From Phaeosaccion multiseriatum (lineage: Eukaryota > Protista > Ochrophyta, other classes), in contig OZ218950.1 of assembly GCA_965112735.1 (NCBI GenBank), forward strand, positions 1,116,001 through 1,180,000: DNA of 64,000 nucleotides, in the 5' to 3' direction. Made by a program: the position numbers and the translations under genes. The notes beneath the pieces were generated by a model. The model had not been told where the DNA came from and did no database searches. It worked only from the letters and a program-made list of their open reading frames with translations. Every line of letters starts with the position of its first letter. The stretch's first letter is position 1. Below are positions 26,874 through 40,400 of this stretch, piece after piece.

Positions 26874-27673
26874 GCCCCCTGGTATAGTTAAGATAGTTGC
26901 TTCGCAATGTGCCTACGGGTGGCCTGGGCTGCACGCTTTAGCTGCTCTCTTTTATAAAGTGTGTGCATGACTGCTTTCGAGAAGGTTTCAGAGTATATAC
27001 TCTTTCTTTGTTGGATGCCCGCCCGAGCCTATTACGAAAGGCATGGCCGGACGTAGTGTGTGGTGTGCAGGTTGTGCATGCACTCTGACGTTGCGCTGCT
27101 GTTGTTTGGGGAGGGAGGCTTCGATGCCGCGGTTCCACACCAAGAGGCGGACCCTTTTTGACACGCCCCTTCCTCCCAGTTTTGATTGTCAGCGGACTCT
27201 TTGAGGATAAGGAGGAGGAGAAGAGGGAATATGGCAGGCGCATGTACAGCCTTACATCGTGCGGAGAGGAGAGCGATTCGGCTTGATGGCCATAACGCCA
27301 ACCCCGTCCGTCGTTCTCCCATTCGTACCCTTCTCACCTTTGGCGTGCCCCCCCCGCCCCCACCCCTCTTGTACGTTCGTGACATGCGCAGGAATGGGGT
27401 CTGGGTAGCGGACAGTCGGATAGAGCGGGCGCGTCTGCCCCCGAGTCGTCGCCGGCAAACTTTAGGGACTAGAGAGGGTAGAGGGAGGGAGAACGGGGGC
27501 TCTTTCAGCCCCCCCCTGTTATTGTTCTTGTTATTGCCCACAGACAGAGACGAGGGCACCAATAGCCGCCACACCAGTCACTCAGGCAGGGTAGAGGAAC
27601 GGGGAGAGAGACAGCAGCAGCAGCAGAAGCACTGCAGCAGTAGTGGGACAGCAGCAGTAGCAGCAGCAGCATC

Positions 27674-30600
27674 ATGCTCGACACCAGCGTGGAGCAGCTG
27701 CTCAAGGAGAACAACCTTCGGGAGGCGCAGCTCAAGAACGTTCTCCGCAGCAAGTCATCGGAGTCGTCCGAGGCCTCCGCCATCCGAAATCAGATCCGAG
27801 ACGTGTACGAGGTCATCCTTTCCAAGGATCCGCACTTCGCAGACAAGAGGGAGGTGGAGCAGGTAAGACTTGAAACGGTCGTCTTAAAGGCGAGGGCTTG
27901 AGTAAGGAGAGGGCATCTAGCCATCGAAAGGAACCGTCTAATAACCATTTTGAGGGAACCATCGATCCCATCTGGGGGGATCAGTTGACCATCTGACCAT
28001 CTGACTGGAGAACCACCCAGCCCATCTACCTGATACTGCCTGCAGTGTGTACTCCCTGCTCAATACTCAGTGCTAGTGCTGTGTCAGTGCTTGTGTAGAG
28101 TCTATAGCCTCCAGCCCACATGTGTATAGATAGGGCCGGAGCGAGTTGCGAGTGTCGCGTCATTCCGTTACAGAAGCATTCATTGTAGTGTATTCCCACC
28201 CCTCTCCATCTCGCGTCCCTCCCTCCCTCCCTCCCTCCTTTGCTCGCGGGGAACACAAAAACAAAACACACGCCACACCACACCACGTACACCCCAGGCG
28301 TTGTGGAAGGTATGCTTCTATAAGCGCATCGAGGACTTTCGAAAGCGCATCCGGAAATACGCGCACTTGTCCGTGCTGCCGGCCAATAATGGGTCCGTCT
28401 TCAACAGCAACAGCAGCGGCAGGGGAGGAGGAGGAGCAGCAGCAGCAGCAGGAGCAGCGGGAGGAGGAGGAAGCGGGGCCATGGCCGGGGCGGCGGCGGG
28501 GTCTTCTCAAGCGAGTCAAGACCTCCAGCAGCACGCACAAGCCACTCAGGCCAGGGAGCATCTTCACCGGGTGTGTCAAAAGTTCAGCCGTTTCCTCACT
28601 GAGTCGACGGCCTTCTACACCAACCTGCTCAGGAGGTTTGAGACGCAGCTCCAGGCAGCAGCCGCCCGCAACGGAACGGACGGTACGTCCAACTCGACAT
28701 CTTGTTTCGTTTTGCTTGACATGTTGCTTCGTGTTGCTTGACATCTTGTTTTGTTTTCCTGTGTGTTCGTGTCTAGATGGGATGTTTGTTTTGTTTTGTG
28801 CCAGGTGGGGATGGCGTCCAAATTCGTTTGCAAGCCCTGTCTCCGCTGCCCTTCTCCCCTCCTCACTACATGTGCTCAGTTTTATTCCTTCTACGCCCTC
28901 CGATTGCCATTTTCTCTAATATTTTCCTTGCCTTGCCCTGCCTTGCCGCCCCCCCCCCCCCGGTCCGCCCCCAACGTGTTCTCTTCCTTCTCCGGCTGTT
29001 GTTGTTGTTGTTGTTGTTGTTGTTTTTGTTGTGGTTGTGGTTGTTGTTGTTGTCGTTGTTGTTGTCGTCGTTGTTGTTCTTGTTCTTGTTCTTGTCGTCG
29101 TCCTTGTTGTTGTTGCAGCAGGTGAGAGAATGGCAAAGATCGCCACGTCCAGTGTGACGCGCTGTCTCATCTTCCTCGGGGATCTCGCCCGATACCGCGA
29201 GCTTCACAGCGAGGTCAATGTCAAGGACTGGTCCACCGCCGAGGCCTTCTACCACCGCGCTCTTGCTGTCCAGCCCTCCTCGGGCAATCCGCACAATCAG
29301 CTGGCCGTCCTGGCCACGTACGCTGACGCGGAAGCCGTGGCTGTGTATCGATATTGTCGCAGTCTAATGGTGACCAAGCCTTTCCTGACTGCACGGGAGA
29401 ATTTGACGCTGCTCTTTGAGAAGAACCGGCAAAAGAGACCCGAGGATGTGCAGCAGACCATGATGCTCGTGTCCGGGGGAGGGGTGGGGGAGGATGGGCA
29501 GCCGCTGCAGGTGGTGATACAGCAGCAGGGAGGAGGAGGCGCGTTCGGTTCGGGCGTTTCTGTTGGCACCACAGGGACAGGAGGATCTTCGTTCGGATCC
29601 GGGTCCGGGGTAGGCAAGAGCAAGCGAGGAGGCAAGGGAGGGGGCAGGGGCAACACAGGGGCGTTGCTCAAGTCCTTCCTGCGACGCTTCGTACGTATGC
29701 ACGGCATCATCTTCTCGGCCCTCCCTTCCGAACTCCCGCTGGCCACTTCACTCTACGAGGGCGCTATTGCTGACTTCAGCACCCTGCTGAGCGGCAGTGC
29801 ATTTGGCGATGCTCTCCTGCTCAAAATGATGGTGGTGTGTCTATTCTCCGTCGTCACCACGGCAAAGCCTACCGAGATTGCCCCCAGCACTGCTAGAGAT
29901 ATGAGCGACGCACAAAGGGCCCAGCTGCTCTCCTACGCGCTTGTCATTGCCTTCGGTGTGGGGGCCAAGATTGGCAGTTACGTGCGTACGCAAGAACCGC
30001 TCATGCCCCCCCAACCACACGGAAGCACCGGAGGTGGAGGGAGTGGAGGGGCAGCATCTGCAGCAGGAGGGGCAGGAGGAGGAGGAGGAGGAGGAGGAGG
30101 AGGAGGAGGGGCAGCAGGAGGAGCAGGAGGAGCAAGTGGAGCAGGTGGTGATACAGGGAGGAGTGAACGGGCGGGCTCCGAGTACGGCAGCAGGGGAGGG
30201 GGCAAGGGAGTGGTGCACCAGCCACAACCTCGGCCCCTGGGCTCCCGTCTGCTGGGCCCAGTACTGTTGCTGTGTGACTGGCTGGAGGCTCAGCCCGCCT
30301 TCCTGCATCAACGCTCCTCGTCCTCGACTGCGAGTAGTAGCCGCACATCTTCCTCCTCCAACACCACTGCCAACATGTCCCCACCAGTTGGTGATATACA
30401 TCACCTGAGCAGCGGGAGCAGCGAGGGGAGCGGCTCCTCCGGACGCCTGATGGACTCGTCCTCTCTGGCGGCGAAGGAGGCCGTGGCCAGAGCAGAGTTC
30501 TTTGAGGTGATTTGTAACCTTGCCAACATGCTGCCCGACCAACCGACGGCATCGAGTGCACCGGCGGTCGGTGGAGTGGCGGAGAGCGACAGCAAGGGCA

Positions 30601-30821
30601 AGCCTATGTATCAAAAGGTGAGCTGAGGAAGAAGGAGACAAAACAGGGGTAACGGCACGATAGATACGGGGCGCGGAGGGAGACGTCAAAGGGGGGCAGG
30701 CTGAGGGTCCTTGTGCTCACTCTCCTTCCGTCCTTCCTTCCGTCCTTCCTTCCTTCCCTCTTTCTTTCTATCTTTCTTTCGTCGTTCCTGACGTTGTGTT
30801 TGGTGGTGGTGGTGGTTGTTG

Positions 30822-30853
<32 letters not shown>

Positions 30854-32128
30854 TTGTTGTCGTTGTCGTTGTTGTTGTTTGTCGCATGCAATTTAGGTAT
30901 TGAAGGAGGCCCTAGACCTGCGCGGCTTCGAGCCGCTTGAGCACCTCTACGCCAAGAGGTACGGTGCCCAGTGGGGCCTTGACGCCGACAGCGCTGTGCC
31001 CGACGACCAAGCAGGCGCCGTGCGCATCGCCAGCGTCAAGGCCTTTGCACACCTCGTTGCTTCGGACCAGGTGGGGGGGGGGGAGATGCGAGGCAAGAAA
31101 CCGCTGTTGACGAGGGACGAATTGACGGGCAAGTACACTCTCACAAGAGGAGGCTACATCCAGCAGCAACAGCAGCAACAGCAGCAACAGCAGCAGCAAC
31201 ATCAGGGTTTCCGGTCGCACCCGGGTGCAGGTGTGTTGTCGCAGTCTTCAGGTAAAACCGTAGTGAGTCCCCGTTTGCCTGAGGATGTCGCCCCATCTCG
31301 GGCAGAGGGAGGAGGAGGAGGTGGCGTCTTTGGTGTCACTGGCGGCATGCTCGGGAGCGGGAGCGGGCATGGGCCGGCAGCAGCCGGGGGGGGAGGAAGG
31401 GGAGGAGGAGGAGGAGGAGGAGGAGGAGGAGGAGGAGGAGGAGGAGGGGGCGGTAGCGGTTTGGAGGATGCAGAGGATGTTATTATGTTCCAGCCTGCTT
31501 TTTCGCGGAGAAGCAGCACGAATGTGAGTGCTACCTGGGGTGCGGCGGGCCCGCCAGTTGGTGATACAGCAGTAGGAGGCGCAGGAATAGGGGCGTCGCC
31601 AACGTATGGCGCTTCCCCGTCCGTCGCACCGGTAGGAAGTCGAGTCCGTAGCACGTCTGCTTACGAGTCCGGAGGTGACAGGGACCATCACCTGTTTCAG
31701 CAGCAGGGGCAGGGGCAGCAGCAGGGGCAGCAGCAGGGGCAGCAGGGGCAACCATACCCAAGTCCGCACCCGCTCCAGTTTCAGCATTCGACGACACACT
31801 CGCAGTCCTCCCCTCCTCCCTTGTCACCATTCGGTGAACACAGTCTCTTTGGCAGCAGCGGCGGAGGGGGCATGATGGCAGGGACGTCCATGCAGGCGTG
31901 GGCCGGGCCCTTCTCAGGGGGTGTGGGCGGCAGCCCCCCCTACGATGTTGGTCGGACCACCACACCGGGAGGGGGGGCGGGAGGGGGGAGGGGGTCTCCT
32001 CCGACGCCGGGGGGGGATGTATCGTCGCATTGGAGAGAGAGGCCGGGAGAGGGGGGCTTGGGGGGCGTGCTTACGTCACCGGGAGGGTACGGAGGAAAGT
32101 TTCAGCCTCAGCAGTCACAGCAGCAGCA

Positions 32129-32160
<32 letters not shown>

Positions 32161-32577
32161 AGCAGCACGGCCCTTACAGTGGTATAGGGCAGCCCTTCGG
32201 ATCTAGCGAGGGGCCTTCGCAGGCACAGCAGCAGCAGGTGGGTGTTTGCGTGCGTGCGTGCGCGTGTGCTGATACCCTCTTTTGCCGCGCTCACACACCG
32301 CACTTACGCCCCCTTTGTCTCTCTCTAGTTACTTTGACCTCCATCCTCTCTTTTACCTCTTCCGCTCACCTGTATTCCTCCCCTGCCTCATGTTTCCCCT
32401 TGAACCAAAGGGGGAGCGAAGGAGCGGATGGCTCGGAGAGGATCCTTTCGGGGGTGTACTGCAGCAGCCGCAGCAGTTGGTGATTCAGCAGCCTTCCCTT
32501 GTTAATGCGCCTCCGGGTATGACGGGACTGACAGAACTATCCACGCCTAGTGGGCCAGAGCACTTCCCGCCGCCGCC

Positions 32578-32608
<31 letters not shown>

Positions 32609-32707
32609 CAGGGGGGCGGCCGAGACAAAGGCAGAGACGAGACGCCTTGGAGCACGCAGTTTGCGCCTTCAGATTCGACATTTTCGTCGTATGGAGTGCA
32701 AAGATGA
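27674..32707 (+). CDS. SMG7: SMG7/EST1-family NMD factor with a long low-complexity C-terminus, about 5 exons
   Basis: EQ|ALWKVCFYKRIEDFR, RCLIFLGDLARY and AFYHRAL...PSSGNPHNQLAVLATY...AVYRYCRSL...PF..ARENL..LFE match the EST1 14-3-3-like domain. No PIN domain was seen. Confidence 0.85.
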
Positions 32708-34164
32708 AGGGCAGGGGCGGGCGGGAGGGAGGGAGGGAGGGAGGGGGGTTTGGGGCAACGGGCCCAAGCTTCAGCAGCAGTTGGGCATTTGATTGGGGGC
32801 TTCATCACGATGCCCACTTCCTGGTGGTGCACTGTGTTTGCACTGTGTGTGTGCCCTGTGTATTCACTGTGTGTGAGCTTCCATCATTGTTGGCATCAGG
32901 GAGAGAGATGATTTGAAGTTATTTGTCACTCACTTGTCCGTGAGAGCTCTGCTGACGCTGGCGGATCGATGGATGGCAATGGATGGCAGGTCTGAGCCTG
33001 TGACGCTGCTGCCCTGTTGGAGTGAGCGCCCTTTGCATGGCCCCCTCCCCTCTTCCCTCGGGGCGGCACGCAAGGCGGCAAGGAGCGAGAAATGGCGAGA
33101 AAACGAAGGCAAAAAGACAAAAAGACGCGTACCGTACCGTACCGTACCGTACCGTACCGTACCGTACCGTACAACTCTCAAGACTCTCTGGGCTGTGCTC
33201 CGCTCCGCCCCGACGACAACGCGGCGACAGCCCGACAACAAGCCGCCCTCCTCTCCTTCCCTCCCTTCCCCCCCTCATGCGCTAATTTTTTTGCGTTGCC
33301 CTGCTCACACTCACACTCAAGTGCGGGAGGGAAGGGCCACGGCGCGTGCGGGAGGTGAGGAAGAACCACAGCGAGAAGGGAGGGTCGGCGAGTCGGGATG
33401 GATGGGAGGAGAGGCAGGGCAGAGCGGGGCGCAGCGGGGCGGGAAGGGACGGGGCGGATGGCAATGGATGGGGCTCTCATGGGACGAATGGCAGCCAATG
33501 GGAGCGTTGTCTGGGACGACTGACGGGGGCGAGCGACTGCTGCCTTTCTCTCGTGCCCACGGCACCCGAGAGCGTGTCAAATCGCGGCCCCATCCACTGC
33601 CATCCCACCCTTTCAATCGGCGTTCTTTTGGTGTTTTGTGTGGAGGCTTCCCTCGATATCTTCCCCCCCCCTCCCCAATCTGAAAAACACGCACAAACAC
33701 ACGCACACACACACACACTGCACAAACCTCGTTCACTCGCGCGCACACATACGCGCCAACGCTGTGTGCCTCCTTTGGGACAGCCGGCACGAAGGAAGAA
33801 GGATAGTACTTAAATTGTAAAGAATTGAAGTATCTTTTTATTGTGTGGAGGAAAGTATTGCGTGTTTGTGGTCCTTGTTTCTTTCCCATTTGTTGCAAGT
33901 GCGTGAGGGCCGAGAAACGAGCGAGACTTCTGCACTGTGAAGGCAATCAACTCAAGAGAGACCCACACGCAGCGCACGCACGAGCGGTGGTGAGGGAGGT
34001 AGGTTGGTGATACGCTTCACTAATTATGGCATCATGTGACCCGTCCTCAGCCACCTACCCCACCCACCGACACCGAACAAGAAACAAGACACAACCAGAG
34101 TGGGGTACAATTCTCTGTACAACTCTCTGTACCTCTCTTGCCTGCGTTGTGTCTCGACATGTGT

Positions 34165-34372
34165 ACTGTAAAGCTCTCTCTTTCTCTTTAGTAAAGCTCT
34201 CTCTCTCTCTCTCTTTAGTAAAGCTCTCTCTCTCTTTAGTAAAGCTCTCTCTCTCTTTAGTAAAGCTCTCTCTCTCTCTCTTTTTAGTAAAGCTCTCTCT
34301 CTCTCTCTCTTTAGTAAAGCTCTCTCTCTCTCTTTAGTAAAGCTCTCTCTCTCTCTCTTTAGTAAAGCTCTC
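34165..34372. repeat. Compound tandem repeat TTTAGTAAAG(CT)n, about 9 units
   Basis: Direct observation; lies just downstream of the virilizer-like stop. Confidence 0.9.
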
Positions 34373-34410
34373 TGTCTCTATTTTGTACCATCGCACCTCT
34401 CTCTGCCCCT

Positions 34411-37400
34411 CTACTTCTTCCCCCTCCTCGGATCCACAGCACGCGCCCTCCTCCTGGGATCTGCAGGTCGCGCCGCCCGTCGGGTGCCATCCGCCGCCGC
34501 TTCTGCTCCTACCCCGCCACCGCTCGTCGCCGTCGTCGTCGCAAGGGGAGGAGGAGGGGCCGCAGCAGCCGCGGGAGGAGCAAGCAGACTGGCACCCGCT
34601 GCAGCCCCCACACCACCATTGACTGCCATCCCACCACCACCACCACTACCGCTACTGCTGCTGCTGCTGAGGCCCTCTCCTCCAGACGGCAGCAAGCCCC
34701 TTCCGACGCCTCCCATGGTGCCGAAAGCTGTTGCTGCTGCTGCTGCTGCTGCTGCTGTATCACCAACTGCTGGTGCGGCTGCTGCTCCGCGGCTAATGTG
34801 GTACCGGTCCATGACGATCGCCCCTCTTTTCATTGGTACCTTCTCTTGCTCCTTCTCCACTGTTTTGCCCGTGCCTTCCATGCTCTCGCCCACGGCAGCA
34901 GCAGCAGTAGAGCATTCTAAGCGAGCCTGCTTTACCCTCTTGCGCACCGCCTCACTCCGAGGGTGATGCGTCCTTCTAAAGCCGTCCACGGAGGCCTCAA
35001 TCTGCCCTTCAAAGGCCTTGAGGCCATCCAGTGCCATCTTCTCCGTCCCACCCCACACCCCACTGCTGCTGCCACCGATGGCACCAGACGGCACATCCGA
35101 TACCCCCAGCCCATCGCTCTGTTGCAGCACACTTCGCATTCTCCGTCGACCCAACAGCGGCAGCTCTTCCTCCAACCAAGTCTCTCTCCCCTCTTGCAGT
35201 TCCTCCCACACCCCCCTCCTCCTCCCCACGTCCGCAGCTGCAGAGTCCTCTGTCCACGCAGCGAGGAGTGGTCTCTCTCCGAACCAGTCCTCCAGCTGCT
35301 GCCGCTCAGCCTCGCCTGAAGCTCCTCCTCCTCCTCCTCCTCCTGGGGTTCAGGACACAAGACATAGAGCAAGAACAAGAGGACAACAGAAAGGATCGTA
35401 CTGTAAGAGTAGGCAAGTATGTTGTAAGTGAGTTAAGTAAGTAAATAAGTAGGCGAGAATACCATTTCATCCATATCGCCCCCTTCTGATGGTCGTGATG
35501 TGTATCAATCAAACACCATGATGTGGTCCTGGTACCAAACCCAGACAGACACGGAACCCCCCTGGGTGGTTTGCATAGCACACTTAAAAAACTGAAACGT
35601 CGATAACACTCTCCTCCACCGTCGTACCTCCCCCTCCCCCTCCTCCTGCTCCTGATCCGTCCCCTCTGACGGCTTCATAGGCATCGCTCAACTCCCTCAC
35701 CCCTCCCCTCAGAGAGCTCATGTACTGTCTGGTAGTGAGTCTGCCCACGACCAGGGAGCAGTCTCGGGATGCCCAGGCGGCCTCGTCAAGGTCTTTCTCG
35801 GCATCGGCGTAGAGGGTTGTGAATGCTGAGAGAGAAGGAGGGAGGGAGGGAGGGAGGGAGGGAGGGAGGGAGGGAGGAAGGGAGGGAGGGAGGGAGGAAG
35901 GGAGGGAGGGAGGGAGGGAGGGAGGGAGGGAGGGAGGGAGGGAGGGAGGGAGGGAGGGAGGGAGGGAGGGGTGAAGGGTCAGTGGCGGCGAAATAGAGGG
36001 GTGAAAGAAATCCAAAACTAAGCTCGAGTCCCATCGAGAAAGAAAAAGAGAGGATGGAGGGGGAGGGGACTATGGCAAAAGACAAAAACAAGAGAACAAA
36101 ACACAGCATTGCACTGATCATTCTGTGGGTACCTCCCCACCCCCCCACCCCCCCCCCGCCCCAACCAACCTTCCAAGGCTCTCTTGAGCAGCGCTAGAGG
36201 CTCTTGCCCGCCCTCCCCCTGTGCCTGTTGCTTAGCGCTCATCTTGGGTGCAAGTACAGCGGCAACATCGGTGACGTCAACAAGGCCCTCCGTCATCAGA
36301 GCAAGGGGCAACTGCACCGCCCAAGAGGCTGGGCGGGAAGGAGGGAGGGAGGGAGGGAGGCAGGGAGGGGAGGGAGGGAGGGGAGGGAGGGTAGGTGGGA
36401 GGGAGGGAGAGAGGGAGTGAGTGAGGGAGGGAGGGAGGGGAGAGGGGAGGGGGGCACGGATTAAACCCACAAGCGCGTATCCGTTTACATCAGAGCCCTG
36501 CTCGCTACCCCCTTTGCCCGCCCACCCACTGCCATCCACTGCCATCCACTGCCATTCCCTGCCATTCCCCCTGCTTGCCCACGTGCGACATGCCAACCCC
36601 CTCCTTTGCTTGTCTTCATTCTATTCTCTGTCTGTCCTATTGTGTCCTGTTCTAATGTACCTCCTGAGCCACTCCTTACACCTCTCTCCCTCTCTCTCTC
36701 TCACCTGCTCTAGTCAGCCGTAAGACCTTCAAATCGAGATCCCTGGCTTTCTTCGCACTAGCTCCTCCTCCTCCTCCTCCTCCTCCTCCTCCTCCCCCGC
36801 CGTCCTTCTCCAGCGTGAGTCTGTGCCTGTACTTGGTATTAATGTCTTCGAGCCCCTTGCAGATGCCCCCCAACAGGCGAGGGAGGAGCATGGTCGTCTT
36901 GCCTGCCGCTACTTCAGCGCCGAGGGCCTCCGACCCACGGGGACGCAGAGCGGCCAACACGTCCTAAGGAGGGAGGGAGAGAGGGAGGGAGGGAGGGAGG
37001 GAGGGAGGGAGGGAGGGAGGGAGAGGAAGGAGGGAGAGAGGGAGGGAGGGACGGACGGAGGGACGGACGGAGGGAGTGAGTGGGAGGAAGTTTGAGACTG
37101 ACTACAGAGAAGTACATCGTAAGAGTACTTGTAGGAGTAGTCGCAGAGGTGGTAGTAGTAGTAGCAGCAGTAGCAGCAGTAGCAGCAGCAGCAGCAGCAG
37201 GAGCAGGAGTAGTAATAGTAGTAGTAGCAGCAGCAGTAGTAGCAGCAGTAGTAGTAGTAATCGTAAGTAGTAATAGTAGCAGCAGTAGCAGCAGCAGTAG
37301 TAGTAGTAGTAGCAAGTAGTAGCAGCAGTAGTAGTAATAGTAGTAGTAGGAGTAGGAGTAGCAGCAGCAGCAGCAGCAGCAGTGGTAATGGTAGTAGTAG

Positions 37401-40400
37401 TAGTAGTAATAGTAGCAGTAGTAGTAGTAGGAGTGGTGGTGGTGGTGGTAGCGGTGCGGTAAGTTGTGTACCTGAGCGGCTCCTGGCCAGCCTGCCAGCG
37501 TTGCAAGCAGCTTCGCCCCTCCGGCGTGCACGTGCAAATCCGCCCTATACACAGCATAGAGGCAAGTCAGTGAAGGCGTAAGTCAGTGAAGGCGTACGTC
37601 AGCAAAGCATATAACCTAAGTGAGAGCAGGGTAAGTGTGATGTGTAAGAAAACATGGGGGGGGGGGAGACGGACGCACAAACATACGCAGAGGGACCTAC
37701 CCCATCTCCTTTACATGCGCCATACCAACACGTACCCTGTACCGCATACCCTATACCCTATACCCCATACCCCATACCCCATTCCCCATACCCCTTACCC
37801 CATACCCTATGTCCTATACCCTACACCCCATACCCTATACCCTATACCCCATACCCCATACCCTATGTCCTATACCCTATACACCATACCCTATACCCCA
37901 TACCCTATACCCCATACCCTACACCCCATACCCTATACCCCATGCCCTATACCCTATACCCCCTACCCCATACCCCATACTACATGCGAGAGCGAAGCAA
38001 GCGAGCGACACACAGGAAAGAAAAAAGCTGTGGGGGACGACAAGGACACGCACACACGCACCCACGCGCACCCACACACGCGCACCTCCTGTCAAGAGCA
38101 ACACACACACAGCCTCGAATCCAATCCCCCCCTAACGTAGAGACAATAATAATGTGAAGGCACAAGCAGCTTCAACGTAGAGATACACACCCACACACCC
38201 AAACACACACCCACACACACACACCCACACACCCACACACCCACACACCCACACACACACCTGTGCCACTTGGCCAGTACGTTTCGGACGGCGTTGGCGA
38301 GCATTGTGAGGGAGCACACGGGGGCTGAGAAGCGCGACACGAGTATTGCACGCCGACCGCTGCAGAATACGTACAGCACCTGGGCAGGGCAGGGGGGGGG
38401 GTCGTGGGGGTGGATGGATGGCAGTGGATGGAGGGTGTGTCGGGACAGAGGGGACGGAGGAGGTGGAGGAGGAAGAGAAGAAGAAGAAGAAGAAGAAGAA
38501 GAAGAAGAAGAAGAAGAAGAAGAAGAAGAAGAAGAAGAAGAAGAAGAAGAAGAAGAAGAAGGAGGAGGAAGAGGAGGAAGAAGAGGAGAAGGAGTAGGAG
38601 GCGAGGAGGGGATGAAGAAGAAGAAGAAGAAGAAGAAGAAGAAGAAGAAGAAGAAGAAGAAGAAGAAGAAGAAGAAGAAGAAGAAGAAGAAGAAGGAGGA
38701 AGAGGAGGAAGAAGAACAGGAGAAGGAGTAGGAGGCGAGGAGGGGATGAGGCGAGGAGGGGGATGAGGGAGAGTAGGAGGGGGAGGGAGAGGAGAAGGAG
38801 GAGGAGGAGAAGGAGGAGGAGGAGGAGGAGGAGGAGGAAGAGTAGGAGAAGGGGGGAGAGGAGGAGGAGGAGGAGGAGGAGGAGGGGGGGGATGAGGAAG
38901 AGGAGGAGGAGGAGGAGGAGGAGGAGGAGGAGGAGGAGGAGGAGGGGGATGAGGAAGAGTAGTAGTAGTAGTAGTAGGAGGAGGAGGCGAGGAGGGGGAG
39001 GAGGGGGCATCATCCCGTGTGTTTGTGCCCTCTCTTACCTCAAGCGCGCAGCGGATCACGTCCGGGTACTTGAGGCCCAGACATGGCAGGAGAGCGCCCA
39101 TTATACCCTGTGATGATACAGCAGTTGGTGATACAGTAGCAGGTTGGAGATACAGCAGCACCACCAGCAGTTGGTCATACAGCACCATCCCGCCCCGTCC
39201 TCCCCTCCTCTCCCCTCCCCACCCCCTCACTCCCAATCCGTACCGAGGAAAGCAGTGCCACTCTGCCCGCAGCGTTAGGCCCATCCGCCAGCTCCTTGAT
39301 GACACCAAGTAGTCGGCATACAGTGGGCCATCCAGTGCCTTCGTCGCCCTTTTCGGTGCCTCCGAGCTGCTGAGACGACGCGATGAAGTGCTCAATCGCA
39401 GAGATCAGTCCCTGGAGGGCCGGGAGGGGGGTGGTGGATGGCAGTGGATGACGGGGGGGTAGGGTGGTGGGTGTGGTGTGGTGAGGGGTGGGGGATGTCG
39501 AGGGAGCTCTCTGTCTTCTCATTTCCATTGAGACAGGACAAAATTCGATCACTCCCCCCGCCCCCGCCCGCACACACACAATCACACCCACACACTCACA
39601 CACACACACTGACCTGTACGAGTTTGGTGGCGAGTGCCCGTGCCGAAGCGGGGCCCAAGTCCACGATACGTTTCGACACCTGACCCAGGGGTGGGAGGGG
39701 GGAGTCCCAGGGGGGTGGGGAGGTCCCAGAGGGGGGAGCGGAGGGGCGAGGGGGAGAGGGGGCGAGGAAATGGCTCGGTCAGAGAAGCGGGTAGATGGAG
39801 AGCGTTTGGAGAACGGACGGGACAAACTGATGTTGTTCGTTGCATACAAAAGGGGACACCCACCCCCACCCTTGAGCGCTGTGTCCTGACACCTCCCCTT
39901 CTGTCATGACACCTCCCCTGCCGTCCTGACACCTCCCCTGCTGTCCTGACACCTCCCCTGTTGTCCTGACACCCACCCTTCTGTCCTGACACCCCCCCCT
40001 TGCCTGTGTCTTGACTCACCTCCTGCACGAGGGACGACACCACCGTACTGCTCGAACCCGCCAAACCGGAAACCAACAAAGACACACTTGCATACTCGCC
40101 ACTTCCTTCGCCCCCCCCCCCTGCTGCCGTTGCTGCTGCTGTTGTTGTTGTTGTTGTTGTTGCTGATGTTGCAGCTTCTGCTGCCCCCTCTGCCGGTGTC
40201 TGCTCTGCTGCGGCTGATGATGACTGGGAGGCTGTGACGAAGAGGGGCACCACCCTGTCCCATTGGTCAAGCATGCTCCTGAGGGCCCTCTCAGTCTGTT
40301 CAGAGGCGGCTTTGTCCTTCCTTCGACCCTCCAGAGAGCTGGCCATGCTTAGCCTGCGCAGTCACGGGGATTGGCCATATTGGGCATATTGGGTATGGTC

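Noticed and set aside
26700-26940. Assignment as U2, U5 or U12 snRNA
   Set aside because: Only fragmentary resemblance. The invariant U5 loop I and the U2/U12 branch-pairing sequences are absent.
37586-38157. YPIPHT-repeat ORFs
   Set aside because: Artefacts of the intronic heptamer array.
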